From positions 76,095 through 140,094 of the forward strand of contig CAZTVZ010000002.1 in the NCBI GenBank assembly GCA_964617045.1: 64,000 bases of DNA. The letters run 5' to 3'. The notes below the pieces were generated by a model, which saw only the letters and a list, made by a program, of their open reading frames with translations, did no database searches and was not told the origin of the DNA. Positions 30,054-40,574 of this stretch are shown here, piece after piece. Each line of letters begins with the position of its first letter. Within the stretch, counting starts at the first letter, position 1. This DNA comes from an uncultured Gammaproteobacteria bacterium. Lineage in GTDB: Bacteria; Patescibacteriota; Microgenomatia; UBA8517. The position numbers were made by a program, and so were the translations under genes.

Positions 30054-30832
30054 AATCTTATCCCAAGATATCTATTGTTGTTCCCTCATTAAATAAGGGT
30101 AGATATATTGAACAAACTCTCCAATCAATAATAGATCAAAAATACCCGAATCTTGAAGTGATCATTAAAGATGGCGGTTCGTCAGATAATTCAATTGAAA
30201 TTATTAATAAATTTATTAAGAAATATAAAAATACATTTAAATTGATTGTGAGCAAAGACAAAGGGCAATGGGACGCGATAAACAAAGGCTTTTCAATGGC
30301 AACCGGAGATTTGCTTGGATTTATTAATGCTGATGATATGTATGCAAAAAAAGCCCTGATTAATATTGTTAAGGCTTATTCTGCAAACCCCGATAGCCAA
30401 TGGTTCGCAGGAGAAGGGAAAACGGTCGATGAAATGGGTAGAGAATGTTCGACGTTCACCGATAATTATAAAAATTGGCTTCTAAAACAAAATAGGTACA
30501 AGTTTCTCCTTGCTATAAATTATTTGTTTCAACCTTCCGTGTTTATAACTAAAAAATGTTTTAAAAAATATGGACCTTTTGTTGGGGAAGGAAAATATGT
30601 AATGGAGTACGACATGTGGTTAAAGATCGCAAAAACAGAAATGCCTACTCTAATACAGAAAGTGGTTTCAGAGTTTAGACTTACAAGGGAAGGTGCTTCG
30701 ATAAAGGAATACAGGAAGCTGTTGAAGGCTGATGAAAAAATATTGGAAAATCAATCCGATGACATATTTACCAATATGGTCCACTATGTACACAACATTG
30801 CTCGGATAATAATCGTATACTTTTTTAAATGA
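30050..30832 (+). CDS. GT2 glycosyltransferase (WfgS/WcaE-like)
   Basis: ISIVVPSLN, DGGSSD, GQWDAINKG, FINADD, QPSVF, EYDMWLK motifs. Confidence 0.9.
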   Translation: MKSYPKISIVVPSLNKGRYIEQTLQSIIDQKYPNLEVIIKDGGSSDNSIEIINKFIKKYKNTFKLIVSKDKGQWDAINKGFSMATGDLLGFINADDMYAKKALINIVKAYSANPDSQWFAGEGKTVDEMGRECSTFTDNYKNWLLKQNRYKFLLAINYLFQPSVFITKKCFKKYGPFVGEGKYVMEYDMWLKIAKTEMPTLIQKVVSEFRLTREGASIKEYRKLLKADEKILENQSDDIFTNMVHYVHNIARIIIVYFFK

Positions 30833-32286
30833 AAACTAAACTTATATTCTTTGGTATTGTGTTAATCACTCTCATTCTTTATCTACCTTCTTTTAATGTT
30901 TTTTATACGAATGATGATTTCTTTTTGTTAAAAATATCTCAAGCGAACAATATTTCTGAATTTATGAACTTTTTTAATTTTACAAAAGGGCCGGACGGAC
31001 TAGGGATGTATAGACCTTTAACGATACAAGTGTTTTATTTTCTTGCCCATTCTCTTTTTAATCTAAATCCTTTTCCGATGCATGTTGTTGTGTTTATTGT
31101 CTTTACCCTACTTCTTTATTCAATTTTCCTGTTGTCACGGAAATTGTTTGGATATTTGAAGGTTAAAAATAAAGACAATCCGAGCTTGTTGGTGGTGTTT
31201 CTTTATGCAATGTCCGCAACTCATTTCGGTCATATGTATTATCTGGCAACATTCCAAGAGGTTGCGATGACTTTATTTTCGGTCGTATGTATTTATTATT
31301 ACTTAAACTTTCTTGATAATAAGAATATAACAAGCATATTTTTATCTTTCATGATGTTTGTTTTGGCGTTGCTTTCTAAAGAAAATGCAGTCGTTATCCC
31401 TGGTTTATTATTTTCCACGTATTTATTTAGGCAGATTGCTGTTAAAGATAAAATCGTGCTGGTTAATGTTGTAAAACAACTTGCACCTTTTGCCATATTA
31501 TTGTCAATATATTTATATTTCCATTTTTTTGTGTATGGTTTGGCCACAGGGGATAGTTATGTGTGGGATTTTTCAATTAGAAAGATTTTGAATACTCTTT
31601 CGTGGTATTTACTGTGGTCGTTTAATATTCCTGAAATGTTTGTTGACTTTGTTGGACCTGGTTTGAAAATAAATCCCAATCTAATGAAATATTGGGCCGA
31701 TGAAACAACAGCAATTGTTTTAGGGTTTTTGATTATAGTTTTAACAATGGGAATTGTATTTATAAAAACTAAAACATCAAAGCAACTTTTATCCCTCTTG
31801 TTGTTTTCTGGAATGGGCTTTGTTGTATCTTTAGTTCCTGTTCTTTTTCTTCCAATTCATAAATTTACCTTTTACCTCACTCTTCCTTTGGTTTTCATTA
31901 CGATGAATGTGGCGTATTTACTAATCGAGAGAAACAAATTACTTGTATATGTTTTTGTTGTTTCCTGGTTGTTTACTTCATACAATACGCTTTGTTTGAC
32001 CAACAAAACCCATTGGATTACTCGTGGCCAAGAAATTGCGCAAGAAGTAAATAAATTTATAACCACAAATATATTAGAGTTTGAAGGAAAATCTTTAGTG
32101 TTTGTTGATACTCAAGAAGATGAGCCACTTCCATGGAGCCCAACGGAAATTGTAAAAACTGCGTTATCAAACCAAAATTACTTCGATGTATATTTTCCCA
32201 AGCAATTTATCACCATAACGTACAGTGAAACCAGCAATGAGATTATTCCTAATGCAATACACTCTAGACAATTTTTAGGTTATTAA
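30829..32286 (+). CDS. GT-C-like polytopic membrane protein
   Basis: FYTNDDF after TM1, MYRPL, ALLSKENAV (TMTC/GT-C-like motifs) and about 11 TMs. Confidence 0.65.
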   Translation: MKTKLIFFGIVLITLILYLPSFNVFYTNDDFFLLKISQANNISEFMNFFNFTKGPDGLGMYRPLTIQVFYFLAHSLFNLNPFPMHVVVFIVFTLLLYSIFLLSRKLFGYLKVKNKDNPSLLVVFLYAMSATHFGHMYYLATFQEVAMTLFSVVCIYYYLNFLDNKNITSIFLSFMMFVLALLSKENAVVIPGLLFSTYLFRQIAVKDKIVLVNVVKQLAPFAILLSIYLYFHFFVYGLATGDSYVWDFSIRKILNTLSWYLLWSFNIPEMFVDFVGPGLKINPNLMKYWADETTAIVLGFLIIVLTMGIVFIKTKTSKQLLSLLLFSGMGFVVSLVPVLFLPIHKFTFYLTLPLVFITMNVAYLLIERNKLLVYVFVVSWLFTSYNTLCLTNKTHWITRGQEIAQEVNKFITTNILEFEGKSLVFVDTQEDEPLPWSPTEIVKTALSNQNYFDVYFPKQFITITYSETSNEIIPNAIHSRQFLGY

Positions 32287-32292
32287 AGATAT

Positions 32293-33087
32293 ATGGATAC
32301 TAATCAAATTAAAACATATGAAAGTCTTTACAAGAGAAAAGAGTTTCGCAATTTGGATTTGTCAGATTACAAAATTACTGATGGTGAAATTATTCATGGA
32401 AAGAAAGTTCTTGTAGTTGGTATCGGAACTGCAAGAGATATCCGTTACTTATTAGGTAAAAATACAGTATGGGGAATCGATAATTCAACTGAAGCAGTTC
32501 GTTTCTCCAAAAAATTGGGTATAAATGCTACTGTTGGTAATGTTGAAGAAAAGCTTCCTTATATCAAAGATTATTTTGACATAGTGGTAATAAAAGATGT
32601 ACTTGAGCATGTTGATGATTCGGTTTCACTGCTTAAAGAATGTCGTAGGGTATTAAATAAAAATGGTTATATTGTTGCAAGTGTTCCTAATCATTTTTAT
32701 TTTCCTTTTAGAATAAGAATACTTTTTGGGAGCAACATGATATGGAAAAGTATCGGTCACGATCATACGAAGTTGTTTGATGAATGGAATTATATGCATA
32801 AGCGTTTTTTTACATGGAGAGGTTTTAATAAAATGATAACAATAAGTGGCTTAAAGATTGTCAAATCGTATTGGGACTTCGGAACACTTGCACACTACAA
32901 TCAACCAGATATTGTATTAAGGTACTTATCTCAAATCAAACTCAAGAATACACTTCTGTTAAATGTGTTAAAACTATCATGGAAGGTATTTTGTTTAATA
33001 TTTCCCTCTACAGTTAGATCAAAAATTGTATCATTAAGTCCAGATTTATTATGTGCAGGTTTTTACTCGCATTTAAAGAAAAAATAA
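32293..33087 (+). CDS. Class I SAM-dependent methyltransferase
   Basis: VLVVGIGTA, WGID, FDIVVIKDVLEHV, RRVL..NGY..SVPN, H.RFFT motifs. Confidence 0.85.
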   Translation: MDTNQIKTYESLYKRKEFRNLDLSDYKITDGEIIHGKKVLVVGIGTARDIRYLLGKNTVWGIDNSTEAVRFSKKLGINATVGNVEEKLPYIKDYFDIVVIKDVLEHVDDSVSLLKECRRVLNKNGYIVASVPNHFYFPFRIRILFGSNMIWKSIGHDHTKLFDEWNYMHKRFFTWRGFNKMITISGLKIVKSYWDFGTLAHYNQPDIVLRYLSQIKLKNTLLLNVLKLSWKVFCLIFPSTVRSKIVSLSPDLLCAGFYSHLKKK

Positions 33088-34010
33088 AACACCATCTACC
33101 CCTATTATGTTTAGGAACATTATTTGGTATATATCTTACGTTCAATATCCTTGAAACGTATTATTTCCCGGGCCTTGTAAAAAAATACTTGTTTTTTCCA
33201 AAAGAAATAGTTTTAATCCCCTTTTATTATTTTGTGATTCTCTTTGGCAAACAATTAAAAGAAGTAAGGATATTATTTCCGATTTTAAAGATGTTGCTGT
33301 TGATTTTGGCAGCAATATTTCTGACATTATTAGCTATCGAATCAATATACTATTCAAATTATGTGCTGAAAACATACCATATACACATCATTGAAGTGCT
33401 AAATCTTTTTACATTTTTTGGAATGATATTCATATTGATAAATAATACGAAAATTATCAAATTATTTATCAAGAGCAAAGCTTATCTTATTCGCATTTTG
33501 ACAATAGTATCAGTTGTTACCATAGCGATATATTTACATATTAATTTTGTTAGCACAATGAATTATGGTCTTGGAGAATTAATGTTTATTATCAAAAATA
33601 GTAATTACGATTATGAACAAAAAAGAGCTTATCGTTGGAGGGATATAGATGCGTATATTGATTTAATAATTAACAATACTCCTCCAGATGCGATTATATT
33701 AATTCCACCACTAACTGAAAAATGGCAAACAATCGGGAATGGTGCAGTTGTCAAATATTTTATTCGACCACGAAAAACTGTGAATGGTGATTTTTCAGAA
33801 AAATTTGCATATTTCGATTGTGCACTTTTTGTTAGCGGGGAATATTATATTGAAACAAGAATGTTCAATATTTGGCCGAACCAAAAACATGATGCTAAAA
33901 GAATAATATTTTTTAATAATTTAACAAAATCGTATCAAGAAATATTCTCAAACTATTATCCTGATGACACAAGATATTCGAACACTTACGGACTTTTTTG
34001 CGTGAATTAA
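33051..34010 (+). CDS. Hypothetical membrane protein (about 5 TMs plus soluble C-terminal domain)
   Basis: 319-aa ORF colinear with its neighbours. Hydrophobic N-terminal half, then 'IINNTPPDAIILIPP'. Confidence 0.6.
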   Translation: MCRFLLAFKEKIKHHLPLLCLGTLFGIYLTFNILETYYFPGLVKKYLFFPKEIVLIPFYYFVILFGKQLKEVRILFPILKMLLLILAAIFLTLLAIESIYYSNYVLKTYHIHIIEVLNLFTFFGMIFILINNTKIIKLFIKSKAYLIRILTIVSVVTIAIYLHINFVSTMNYGLGELMFIIKNSNYDYEQKRAYRWRDIDAYIDLIINNTPPDAIILIPPLTEKWQTIGNGAVVKYFIRPRKTVNGDFSEKFAYFDCALFVSGEYYIETRMFNIWPNQKHDAKRIIFFNNLTKSYQEIFSNYYPDDTRYSNTYGLFCVN

Positions 34011-34011
34011 T

Positions 34012-35304
34012 ATGTTTACTCTTTTACTAATTGTTCAAATGTTTTTAGGTAGTCTAATCGTAAAAAGCATTAACAAATCTGCCAAATTGATAGAGATCTT
34101 GGGATTGGGATTTTTTGTTGGTCATGGATTATATTCGTTGGTGTTATTTCTACTTTTATATTTAGGTTTAAAACCAAACATTGCCAGTAGCGTCTTTGCA
34201 ATTTTTATATTGATTACGGCATCAACATTGTCTTATCTATTATCTAAACCAATAACCAATCATATTAGTACTAAATTTAATTTCAAAAATAAATTGGGGA
34301 AAACCAAACCATTATTGTATTTGATATTGTTCGTGATTGCCCTTTCTCTTGTTAGTAACATATATTGGCCCCCTTTTGACTGGGATTCTGCGGCACTTTA
34401 TGACATGCGAGCGTTAAAGATAATCGAGATGGGCTCGCTTGATGCAATAAATGGTGAGTTTTATTACTTGACTTATCCCTTTTTCACAACAATGAGCCAT
34501 TTGTCGGCTTATGTAATGGGTGCAAAAAATCCAAGTTGTTTGTATACAATTTATTTATCACTTTATTTATCATGCTTATTCTGTGTTTATAAGTTGAAGA
34601 GTTTGTTTCCATTGGTTCTTATTGTTTTAAATACACTAATATTTCAGCATTCAACAATGGCTTATACAAATCTACCCTACACGATATATTTTACATTATC
34701 TGTAGCATACCTATATAAATGGTTAAAAACGAAAACCATTTCTTATCTATATTTGTCTTCATTATTACTTCCATTGAGTTATTGGACAAGGAGTTTTGAG
34801 CCATTTTGGATTTTGCCAATTTTGTGTGTTTTATATATGAGTATAAGAAATCGACAAATATATCCACTTATTACATACACTTTACCATTATTTGTAGTAA
34901 TGTATTTTTGGAAAAAATATTTGATATTATCTGGAATTCCTACTGGAGGTGCTCTTACGGAATATGGGGGATTATTCTCAAAACTCAATTATTCATCTAT
35001 TGTGCTTTCAGATTCAGTCAAATATATTATAGAAAATTTGTTGTTTCCAAATTTCTTATTAATAATAATCTATATTGCGTCAACTATTATTAAATTATTA
35101 AAAAACAAGAATCTCAATATTATTGACTATTTTATATTTGGAATCGTAGCGATTTGTTTTGCCGGAACGTATCTATATAGATTAAATGGGATATATGATG
35201 ATTGGATCCAGTTGGGTGAATCGTACAAAAGAATATCTATGATTTTTGTTCCATTATTTTCGATTCAAATATATATTAATATATTTAAAAGCACTCATGA
35301 ATAA
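34012..35304 (+). CDS. GT-C-like polytopic membrane protein
   Basis: Entirely hydrophobic. WPPFDWDSAALYD and YP motifs in the first large loop, plus WTRSFEP. Confidence 0.6.
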   Translation: MFTLLLIVQMFLGSLIVKSINKSAKLIEILGLGFFVGHGLYSLVLFLLLYLGLKPNIASSVFAIFILITASTLSYLLSKPITNHISTKFNFKNKLGKTKPLLYLILFVIALSLVSNIYWPPFDWDSAALYDMRALKIIEMGSLDAINGEFYYLTYPFFTTMSHLSAYVMGAKNPSCLYTIYLSLYLSCLFCVYKLKSLFPLVLIVLNTLIFQHSTMAYTNLPYTIYFTLSVAYLYKWLKTKTISYLYLSSLLLPLSYWTRSFEPFWILPILCVLYMSIRNRQIYPLITYTLPLFVVMYFWKKYLILSGIPTGGALTEYGGLFSKLNYSSIVLSDSVKYIIENLLFPNFLLIIIYIASTIIKLLKNKNLNIIDYFIFGIVAICFAGTYLYRLNGIYDDWIQLGESYKRISMIFVPLFSIQIYINIFKSTHE

Positions 35305-36091
35305 ACCCTTTTTTTCAATAATCACTTGCACTCTGAATAGTGATCAATACATCAATAAAAATATCCAATCTGTACGTAGTCAATGTTTTAAAAATTACGA
35401 ACATATAATAATTGATGGATATTCAAAGGATTTAACAATGGATATTATAAACAGATATCGATTCGCTGATAATCAGAAGGTAATTGTAAAAAAGCAAAAA
35501 CCAAAAGGTGTTACAGCGGCATTCAACAAAGGAATTGGTGTGTCTAAGGGTAAATATGTAATCCATCTTAATTCTGATGATTATTTATACGATAATAACG
35601 TGCTGAATGATGTCTATATATATCTAAAAAAGAACACTCATCTTGATTGGATATTCGGTAAAGTAGTCGTACGAACAAAAAAAGGAGTAAAAATTGGCAC
35701 GATTCCACATTTCAATTTTATGGGTAAATATGGAAAATTTATCTTAAGAATGATTAACGTGGTACCTCATCAATCAGTGTTTATTAAAAAGGATATATTT
35801 AATAAATTTGGTTTATTTGATCGAAATATAAAATACCTCCCTGATTATGAATATTGGTTGAGAATTTGCAATAAAACAAAATGGGAATTCCTTGACCGTG
35901 TAATAGCAGTATTCATTGCTAGGCATAATTCGGTATCGATGTCTGAAAGAAATATGGTTAAAAACAAAATTGAAACAATAAAATATCATACAAAATATTG
36001 CTCATCTTTTGAGAGTATCTTATTCCAAATTATTAATTATAATTTCATTATTAAAACAATAAGAAAACTTAGAAACAATTTTGTTTTATGA
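35297..36091 (+). CDS. GT2 glycosyltransferase (WfgS/WcaE-like)
   Basis: FSIITCTLN, IDGYSKD, AFNKG, HLNSDD, PHQSVF, PDYEYWLR motifs. Confidence 0.9.
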   Translation: MNKPFFSIITCTLNSDQYINKNIQSVRSQCFKNYEHIIIDGYSKDLTMDIINRYRFADNQKVIVKKQKPKGVTAAFNKGIGVSKGKYVIHLNSDDYLYDNNVLNDVYIYLKKNTHLDWIFGKVVVRTKKGVKIGTIPHFNFMGKYGKFILRMINVVPHQSVFIKKDIFNKFGLFDRNIKYLPDYEYWLRICNKTKWEFLDRVIAVFIARHNSVSMSERNMVKNKIETIKYHTKYCSSFESILFQIINYNFIIKTIRKLRNNFVL

Positions 36092-36810
36092 AATCAGTAA
36101 GTAAAAAAACCAAGTTAAAAAATAGATATTCAATCGTTATGGATTATTTATTACGAATAATTTTGCCTCGACAAGCTTATGGGGTATTCCATATAATGAG
36201 AATAATATTGAAAGAATACGGATATTGGAACAGTATAAAAAATAAATGCATCACCGATAAAGATGGAAGATATATTCCATGGTTTACTTACCCAGCTTAT
36301 GAATTCATTAACTCACTTGATCTAAAAAATAAAACAGTATTTGAATGGGGCTCTGGGCACTCAACAGTATATTGGTCAAAAAAGTGCAAAAGTGTTACAA
36401 GTGTTGAGGATAATAAAGAGTGGTATGAAAAAATTTCCCGATTTCTTAATAGGTGTAAAAATGTAAATCTAATATTCTCTAAAGACAAAGAAGAATATCT
36501 GGATTCGATTAAAGCTGCTAATTTTAGTTATGATTTAATTATTATCGATGGGTCTTATCGAATTGAGTGTTTAAAAAAGGCTGTCGGTTTAATAAATGAT
36601 GGCGGATTCATAATATTTGACAATTCTGATTGGTATGAAAAACCAATTAATGAAATAATAAGAAATGCTTGGTTAAAAATTGATTTCAATGGTTTCTCTC
36701 CAACGAATGAATATACTTCAAGAACCTCAATATTATTCTCTGTAAAATCATCATTGAAACAAAAAAATAGATACCAAACGATTGGCGGAATAAAGGCAAA
36801 TTTGAATTAA
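36088..36810 (+). CDS. SAM-dependent methyltransferase (polysaccharide-associated)
   Basis: PWFTYPA, VFEWGSGHST, SVED...W, DLIIIDG, GGFIIFDNSD motifs. Confidence 0.8.
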   Translation: MKSVSKKTKLKNRYSIVMDYLLRIILPRQAYGVFHIMRIILKEYGYWNSIKNKCITDKDGRYIPWFTYPAYEFINSLDLKNKTVFEWGSGHSTVYWSKKCKSVTSVEDNKEWYEKISRFLNRCKNVNLIFSKDKEEYLDSIKAANFSYDLIIIDGSYRIECLKKAVGLINDGGFIIFDNSDWYEKPINEIIRNAWLKIDFNGFSPTNEYTSRTSILFSVKSSLKQKNRYQTIGGIKANLN

Positions 36811-37718
36811 TGATTTATTCAAGAAAAACAAAAGTCCCCGTATTGTTGATTATATATAACAGACCTCAGTATACAAAAAAAATATTGAAATCTATAAATA
36901 AATATGGCCCTTCAATCTTATATATAGCCGCAGATGGGTGGAAAGACAAAGAGGATAGATATAAATGCCTAAGTGCAAGAAATCAAACAAATCATTTTAA
37001 ATGGGGTTGTCCCATAGAAACAGTCTTCCGCAAAAAAAATTTAGGATGTGGAAAGGCAGTTTCTAAGGCGATAACATGGTTTTTTAAAAACAACACCAAA
37101 GGTATTATTCTCGAAGACGATTGTCTGCCCAATGAAGATTTTTATTATTATTGTGACCAAATGTTGAATCGATATGAGTATAACGGAAAAATTATGCACA
37201 TTAGTGGTGTTAATTATTTACCCAATAAATTGAAAAAAAGAAATGGATACTATTTTTCGAAAATGACACATGTTTGGGGGTGGGCCACATGGAGACGGGC
37301 TTGGCGAAAATATGATTATAAAATGACCAGATGGGGCACATCAATAACAAAAAATACATTTTCAAATAATTATGACGTACTTCATGAACGTAATTACTGG
37401 TCATCAATATTTGACATAGTAAAAAAGAGGAAGATAGATACTTGGGATTATCAATGGCTCTATTCATGTTGGGTTAATGAAGGCTTATCAATAAATCCAG
37501 GTGTAAATCTCGTAAAAAACATTGGAATTGAAAAAGACGGGACACACACAAAAAATAAAATAAATGGAATTGAAAACAAACTCGAAAAATTTTCATATCC
37601 ACTTAAAAACCCTAGTGTTGTTGCAAGAGATATTAATAGGGACAGATATGTTATTGAAAATATATTTAGACCAAAATTCTATTCTTCACTATATTTGAAG
37701 ATAAGATATTTTCTATGA
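36810..37718 (+). CDS. GT-A nucleotide-diphospho-sugar transferase (HlpA/GnT-I-like)
   Basis: YNRP, ADG, NLGC, IILEDDC, WGWATWRRAW, WDYQW, NIG....TH motifs. Confidence 0.85.
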   Translation: MIYSRKTKVPVLLIIYNRPQYTKKILKSINKYGPSILYIAADGWKDKEDRYKCLSARNQTNHFKWGCPIETVFRKKNLGCGKAVSKAITWFFKNNTKGIILEDDCLPNEDFYYYCDQMLNRYEYNGKIMHISGVNYLPNKLKKRNGYYFSKMTHVWGWATWRRAWRKYDYKMTRWGTSITKNTFSNNYDVLHERNYWSSIFDIVKKRKIDTWDYQWLYSCWVNEGLSINPGVNLVKNIGIEKDGTHTKNKINGIENKLEKFSYPLKNPSVVARDINRDRYVIENIFRPKFYSSLYLKIRYFL

Positions 37719-38980
37719 AAAATAATAATAAAGTATTAAAAATAGTATATGTAAACACTTTTGACAAAATTGGAGGAGCGGCAAGAGTAATGATGGATTT
37801 GAAAAAGTGTTTAGAAAACAAATGTTCAATCAAAGTACTTGTCGGATATAAAATGTCCGATGACAAAAATATTAATATAGTAAATCAAACAATTATTGTA
37901 AAAAACAATAAACTGTATAAAATTTTGCAAAAAATTATTTATAAAATTCGATATTTAAGATCCTTTTTATTCTCAAACGATATTGACTGCTTTTCAAACG
38001 ATTCTTTGATTAACCATCCATGGATAAAAGAAGCTGACATTGTTCATTTTCATAATATTCACGGTAATTATATTAATATCGAATCACTAAATATTATATC
38101 CAAATCTAAACCAATCATATTGACCACGCATGATTTATGGTCAATGACCGCCCACTGTGGAACCTGCGAAAAATGCAAAAATTGGAATAAGGGAAAGCAT
38201 TTTACCCCTGGCTTATTTCACTATCAAGGAATGCTTTGCGATAACAAGGAATACTTGTGGAATAAGAAAAAAAACATATTCAACAGATCAGTTAAATGTT
38301 TTGTTTTACCTTCTAGGTGGATTCAGAATAAATATTACAAAAGTTATCTTTCAAAATGTAATAATATTGTAATAAATAATGGTGTCCAAATTGTAGCGAA
38401 AAAATATACCAGTAAATCAATAGCCAGACGAAATCTTAATTTGCCGAACAGAAAGACTTTGTTGTTTATTGCAAACGGAGGAAGAAATAATCCATCAAAA
38501 GGTGGAGATATTGTGACAAAGTTATCTTTAAAAGAAAAATATAAAAATGTTAACTTTTTGATTATTGGAGAAAAAGAAAGCAAACGTATTAACAACATGG
38601 TAATTTTGCCTTATCTTGATCACAAAAAATTGAGCGAATATTACATGGCTTCTGATATATTCTTATTTCCATCTCTTGCAGAAAATTTTCCCCTTGTTAC
38701 CCTCGAGGCAATGTCGTACGGCTTACCAATTGTATCTTTTGGTGTTGGAGGTATCCCAGAACAAGTAGTCCATAAAGTTAATGGTTACATTTCAAAATAT
38801 AAAGACATTCAAGATTTAACGAATGGCATCGATTATTATTTGCGAATGTCAAAAAAAGACCTTGAACATGTTGGAAAAATCAATATAAGAAAAGTAAAGA
38901 AATATTATTCTAACAAAAAAATGGCAAATGAATATTACAAACTATATATGAAGACGAAAAATGCGAAAACACATATTTAA
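37715..38980 (+). CDS. GT4 glycosyltransferase (WcaC-like)
   Basis: GGAAR, DIVHFHNIH, THDLW.MTAHC, KG, PSLAENFPLVTLEAMSYG motifs. Confidence 0.9.
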   Translation: MKNNNKVLKIVYVNTFDKIGGAARVMMDLKKCLENKCSIKVLVGYKMSDDKNINIVNQTIIVKNNKLYKILQKIIYKIRYLRSFLFSNDIDCFSNDSLINHPWIKEADIVHFHNIHGNYINIESLNIISKSKPIILTTHDLWSMTAHCGTCEKCKNWNKGKHFTPGLFHYQGMLCDNKEYLWNKKKNIFNRSVKCFVLPSRWIQNKYYKSYLSKCNNIVINNGVQIVAKKYTSKSIARRNLNLPNRKTLLFIANGGRNNPSKGGDIVTKLSLKEKYKNVNFLIIGEKESKRINNMVILPYLDHKKLSEYYMASDIFLFPSLAENFPLVTLEAMSYGLPIVSFGVGGIPEQVVHKVNGYISKYKDIQDLTNGIDYYLRMSKKDLEHVGKINIRKVKKYYSNKKMANEYYKLYMKTKNAKTHI

Positions 38981-40574
38981 TATAATTTCAATATCTATTC
39001 TATTTTTTATTTGGATATTAACCTCTAGTTATTTCAGAAGTCACAACTATTTGGAATTTTCCGATGGAGCAAAATACGCTTCAATTGCAAAAAATTATGT
39101 TGAAGGTAGGGGTTTGAGCAATAGTTTTAGTTTTTTTTATTCCAATTTGATAGTTGATCCTAATTCTAATACTTTTAATCTTTCAGGAATTGAACCTGTA
39201 TATCCGCTTGTTATGTCCTTGACCTTCAAGTTGTTCGGAATTAATGATAATTCAGTTATATTAACCTCTTCAATATTTTTGTTTACCACATCTCTTTTGA
39301 TATTTTTGATAGCAGTACAATTTAACAAAAAGTTTCTTGGTCTACTTGCTGGAATTTCAATTCTTTTGGATATAAATTTTGGAACATATTCTATTGGGGG
39401 TGGTATGGAAACATTTTTTACTACCCTAATTCTATTCCTTTTCTGGCTTATTCTTAAACAAAGAATGATTACCGACTACTTAGCGATTTTAGTTTCACTT
39501 GTTATGTATTTTACTAAACAACAAGCATTTATATATATTACAGGTGCTTTGTTGCTATATTTGCTCTTGAACAACAAATATAAATTAGCAATTATCAAAA
39601 TTGCAATTATTAGCATCGGCTTCTTAATATTTGACGCACTTATATTAACAAAGATTAATGGCAAATATTATTTGTATTCGATTCTTTTTCAAGGAATAAA
39701 TGTTATTCAAAGTGTAGCCACAGATCCAAATGCGACATCCTTGTTAAGGGGGGGTGCTGGTAGCAAGATTGAACTGAAATTTGTGATTACAAATATTTTT
39801 TATAACTTATATAATTTTTATAAATTACTACCCAATATTGGATCCCCATACTTGTTTGCATTATTTGTTTTAGGTCTATTATGTAAATTTAAAAATAATC
39901 GTTACAGGTTGTTTGTGCATTCTGTTCTATTTACAATATTATTAACAATAATTGTTACATCATCTTCAATACCCCTTTATAGGTATTTGCACCCAGTATT
40001 GCCATTAGGATATTTACTCGGCATTATAATGTTGGGAAAAATGGTTGAACTAATTAACAAACATAACTGTTATGCAAATTTATATAAATTCAAATACTTA
40101 ATTTTGCTCACGTTGGTGTTCGTTTTTTCTTATGGTAAAACGTTGGGTCATCTATTTCTGGACTCTAGATTTTCGAGTAAAATTTATGACAAAAACAAGC
40201 CCCCAATTTATGTCCGGTTGGCATCGGAGGTAAAAAATAAAATACCCAATACTTCGATAGTTCTTACAAACCTAGATACATGGGGGAGTTGGTATGGCAA
40301 CAAAAGCACAGTTTGGTACCCATTCAAACCTGAAATGATAAAGCCCGAGGATGGACAAAAAAACATTTATAATGCAATTTATTTGACATCATATTTGATG
40401 GATGACAATAACTATTATATGGGTGATGAATGGAGGCAAATTTTTTACAATCCAGAAAACATCGAAAATGATTTTATTCGCGAAAATTACCAACTAAAAG
40501 AGATAATCGAAATACCGGCAGAAGAAACATATGAAAAACAAGCAGCCAGAGCAGTTCTTCTTGTAAGAAAATGA
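38961..40574 (+). CDS. GT-C membrane glycosyltransferase (PMT_2/ArnT-like)
   Basis: FSDGAKYASIAKN, P.YPL, RYLHPVLP, many TMs and a soluble C-terminal domain. Confidence 0.75.
   Translation: MRKHIFNIISISILFFIWILTSSYFRSHNYLEFSDGAKYASIAKNYVEGRGLSNSFSFFYSNLIVDPNSNTFNLSGIEPVYPLVMSLTFKLFGINDNSVILTSSIFLFTTSLLIFLIAVQFNKKFLGLLAGISILLDINFGTYSIGGGMETFFTTLILFLFWLILKQRMITDYLAILVSLVMYFTKQQAFIYITGALLLYLLLNNKYKLAIIKIAIISIGFLIFDALILTKINGKYYLYSILFQGINVIQSVATDPNATSLLRGGAGSKIELKFVITNIFYNLYNFYKLLPNIGSPYLFALFVLGLLCKFKNNRYRLFVHSVLFTILLTIIVTSSSIPLYRYLHPVLPLGYLLGIIMLGKMVELINKHNCYANLYKFKYLILLTLVFVFSYGKTLGHLFLDSRFSSKIYDKNKPPIYVRLASEVKNKIPNTSIVLTNLDTWGSWYGNKSTVWYPFKPEMIKPEDGQKNIYNAIYLTSYLMDDNNYYMGDEWRQIFYNPENIENDFIRENYQLKEIIEIPAEETYEKQAARAVLLVRK

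Noticed and set aside
39131-39138. A8/T8 homopolymers here and elsewhere (for example near 37032)
   Set aside because: Expected by chance in very AT-rich coding sequence with Lys/Phe codons.
39748-39754. G7 run in the GT-C gene 38961..40574
   Set aside because: Encodes R-G-G in mid-protein and is shorter than typical phase-variable tracts. Worth checking in reads, but not supported alone.
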